The position numbers and the translations under genes are program-made. Positions 55,516 through 56,751 of a stretch of 56,751 nucleotides of DNA are shown here, piece by piece. Within the stretch, counting starts at the first letter, position 1; every line of letters starts with the position of its first letter. This DNA comes from a virus (lineage: Duplodnaviria; Caudoviricetes). The stretch spans positions 1 through 56,751 of IMG/VR virus record IMGVR_UViG_3300028384_000458; one strand, 5' to 3'. The notes beneath the pieces were generated by a model, which saw only the letters and a list, made by a program, of their open reading frames with translations, ran no database searches and was not told the origin of the DNA.

Positions 55516-56751
55516 TTAGATTGAGAAGATTCTCCATCCATATGTTGAACTATGATAAACAAGTTCAAAAGCTGCACCTTCTGTGTTAACTGTCATGTTG
55601 CCGGTATCACCTTGAATACGTCCGCCATTTGGATTAACTGTTAATGCATTTGAATCGAATGTTTTTCTTAAGTCAAAGAATCTAATAGTGTCGCCTTTAA
55701 TTAACCCACTATTTGGCAATGTAATAGTTCTGCCGCCGCCATTAGTATCGACAAAGTAACATCTCCATACCGCAGCGGTAATATTTGAACTTACGTCACT
55801 ATATAAAAAGCCTGGACCTAGTGAACGCCAAGTTGTACCATCACTAAATTCAACACAGTCAAAACTAGTATTATAACGAATATAACCATCTGCACCTGTT
55901 GGACGTTGTGCATCAGTACCACGTGCAATACGTGTTGCACCTGTTGAGTTATGGTTAAATCCGTTGTCAACTTGTAAGCTACCTTTAACTACTGTGCTAT
56001 CACTTGTAGCATTACCTAGTGTTTGATTACCATTAACTGTTAGTGTTCCGCTAACACTTGCATTACTTGTTACAGTTAAACCTGTAAATCGACCAGTACT
56101 TGCAGTAGTAGCACCGATTGACATGTTGTTAATCGAGCCGCCGCCTGCTGGGTTAAGTGTAACTGTTGTTACAGTTAAACCTGTAAATCGACCAGTACTT
56201 GCAGTAGTAGCACCGATTGACATGTTGTTAATCGAGCCGCCGCCTGCTGGGTTAAGTGTAACTGTGCCTGAACCTGTTGGGCTAATTGTTACGTTTGCAC
56301 CCGGACTTAGTGTTACTGTATTGTTAGCATCTAATGTAGTAAACTGTCCAGAGCTGCGAGATACGTTACCAATTGCACCCTGGAAGCCGCCGCCGGAGTA
56401 AACACGTTTAGCAATACTTGCGCCGCCTTTACAACGTAGTGTACCTGTGTCACCTGTTGCGTTAGTTGCTTCAGTAGTAGCAGTAAAGTCAACTGTTGAG
56501 TTAGCACCTAGTGTACTGAACAAACCTGAAGATCTTGTTGTGCTACCGATTGGAGTATTTTGAATACTACCTGCATGGATTGCTCCACTGACACCCATAC
56601 CACCTGTTACAACTAGTGTACCAGATGTAGTGTTAGTTGATGCTGTGTTTTTAGTAAATGTTACTGAGTCATTTGCAGTTAGTGTTGTAAATGCTGCTGT
56701 AGAAGCTGTGCCGCCACCGATAGCAGTGCCTTCCATAGTGTCTGCATAAAT
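55516..56751 (-). CDS. Tail fibre protein, C-terminal part (runs off window end)
   Basis: Thr/Gly/Ser-rich IG.TT.S.G.F..L repeats; GTDAQRP..G.IRYN; YFVDT...ITLP...GD.I...ELVY...GW terminal domain; frame open to 56751. Confidence 0.75.
   Translation of the reverse strand: MYADTMEGTAIGGGTASTAAFTTLTANDSVTFTKNTASTNTTSGTLVVTGGMGVSGAIHAGSIQNTPIGSTTRSSGLFSTLGANSTVDFTATTEATNATGDTGTLRCKGGASIAKRVYSGGGFQGAIGNVSRSSGQFTTLDANNTVTLSPGANVTISPTGSGTVTLNPAGGGSINNMSIGATTASTGRFTGLTVTTVTLNPAGGGSINNMSIGATTASTGRFTGLTVTSNASVSGTLTVNGNQTLGNATSDSTVVKGSLQVDNGFNHNSTGATRIARGTDAQRPTGADGYIRYNTSFDCVEFSDGTTWRSLGPGFLYSDVSSNITAAVWRCYFVDTNGGGRTITLPNSGLIKGDTIRFFDLRKTFDSNALTVNPNGGRIQGDTGNMTVNTEGAAFELVYHSSTYGWRIFSI
56068..56265. 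repeat. Perfect 99-nt tandem duplication, in frame (33 aa)
   Basis: 56068-56166 is identical to 56167-56265; it encodes TVTLNPAGGGSINNMSIGATTASTGRFTGLTVT twice. Confidence 0.9.

Noticed and set aside
19-56401. Many short antisense or alternate-frame ORFs in the ORF track (e.g. 19..243, 20358..20744, 24796..25263, 53888..54346)
   Set aside because: They lie wholly within well-supported genes, lack motifs and are expected shadows of codon bias.
1-56751. Stop-codon reassignment, as found in some jumbo phages
   Set aside because: Conserved genes are full length in the standard code, and TAA, TGA and TAG all end genes at sensible positions.
1-56751. tRNA genes, CRISPR arrays, introns and inteins
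   Set aside because: Intergenic gaps are short and explained by promoters and terminators. No cloverleaf or spaced repeat array was seen, and terL, uvsX and uvsW are of normal length. A covariance-model scan was not possible.

Overview
This window is a gene-dense segment of a large T4-superfamily (contractile-tailed, probably jumbo) bacteriophage genome read in the standard genetic code. No rRNA, tRNA, CRISPR or IS element was recognised. It contains four kinds of content. (1) Replication and recombination genes: primase, a miniature DnaE-like protein, a gp62-like clamp loader subunit, UvsW, UvsY, UvsX, gp32 and a dNMP kinase. (2) Packaging and virion genes: terminase large and probable small subunits, gp4, tail tube, a 1119-aa sheath, neck gp13/gp14, gp15 and tail fibre. 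(3) A left sugar and sulfate island (~2-18.5 kb): APS kinase module, KdsA/KdsB, KpsC/KpsS-like, GT8, GT25 and GT-A transferases, two sulfotransferases and a FkbM methylase. (4) A right tail-linked island (~38-56.7 kb): ADP-heptose enzymes, two flavin halogenases, heme-oxygenase-like, radical SAM, carbamoyltransferase, GT9, a fibre chaperone and three tandem ~10%-Cys glycine-rich proteins. The most notable observations are the candidate phage-encoded virion or surface glyco-decoration system, the Cys-rich triplet, several apparently dead enzyme paralogues, and a strong pattern of promoters (TAAATA-N4-5-ATG and TTGAC-N17-TATAAT-N6-ATG) placed to give leaderless mRNAs. All family calls come from motifs read by eye; no database search was run.
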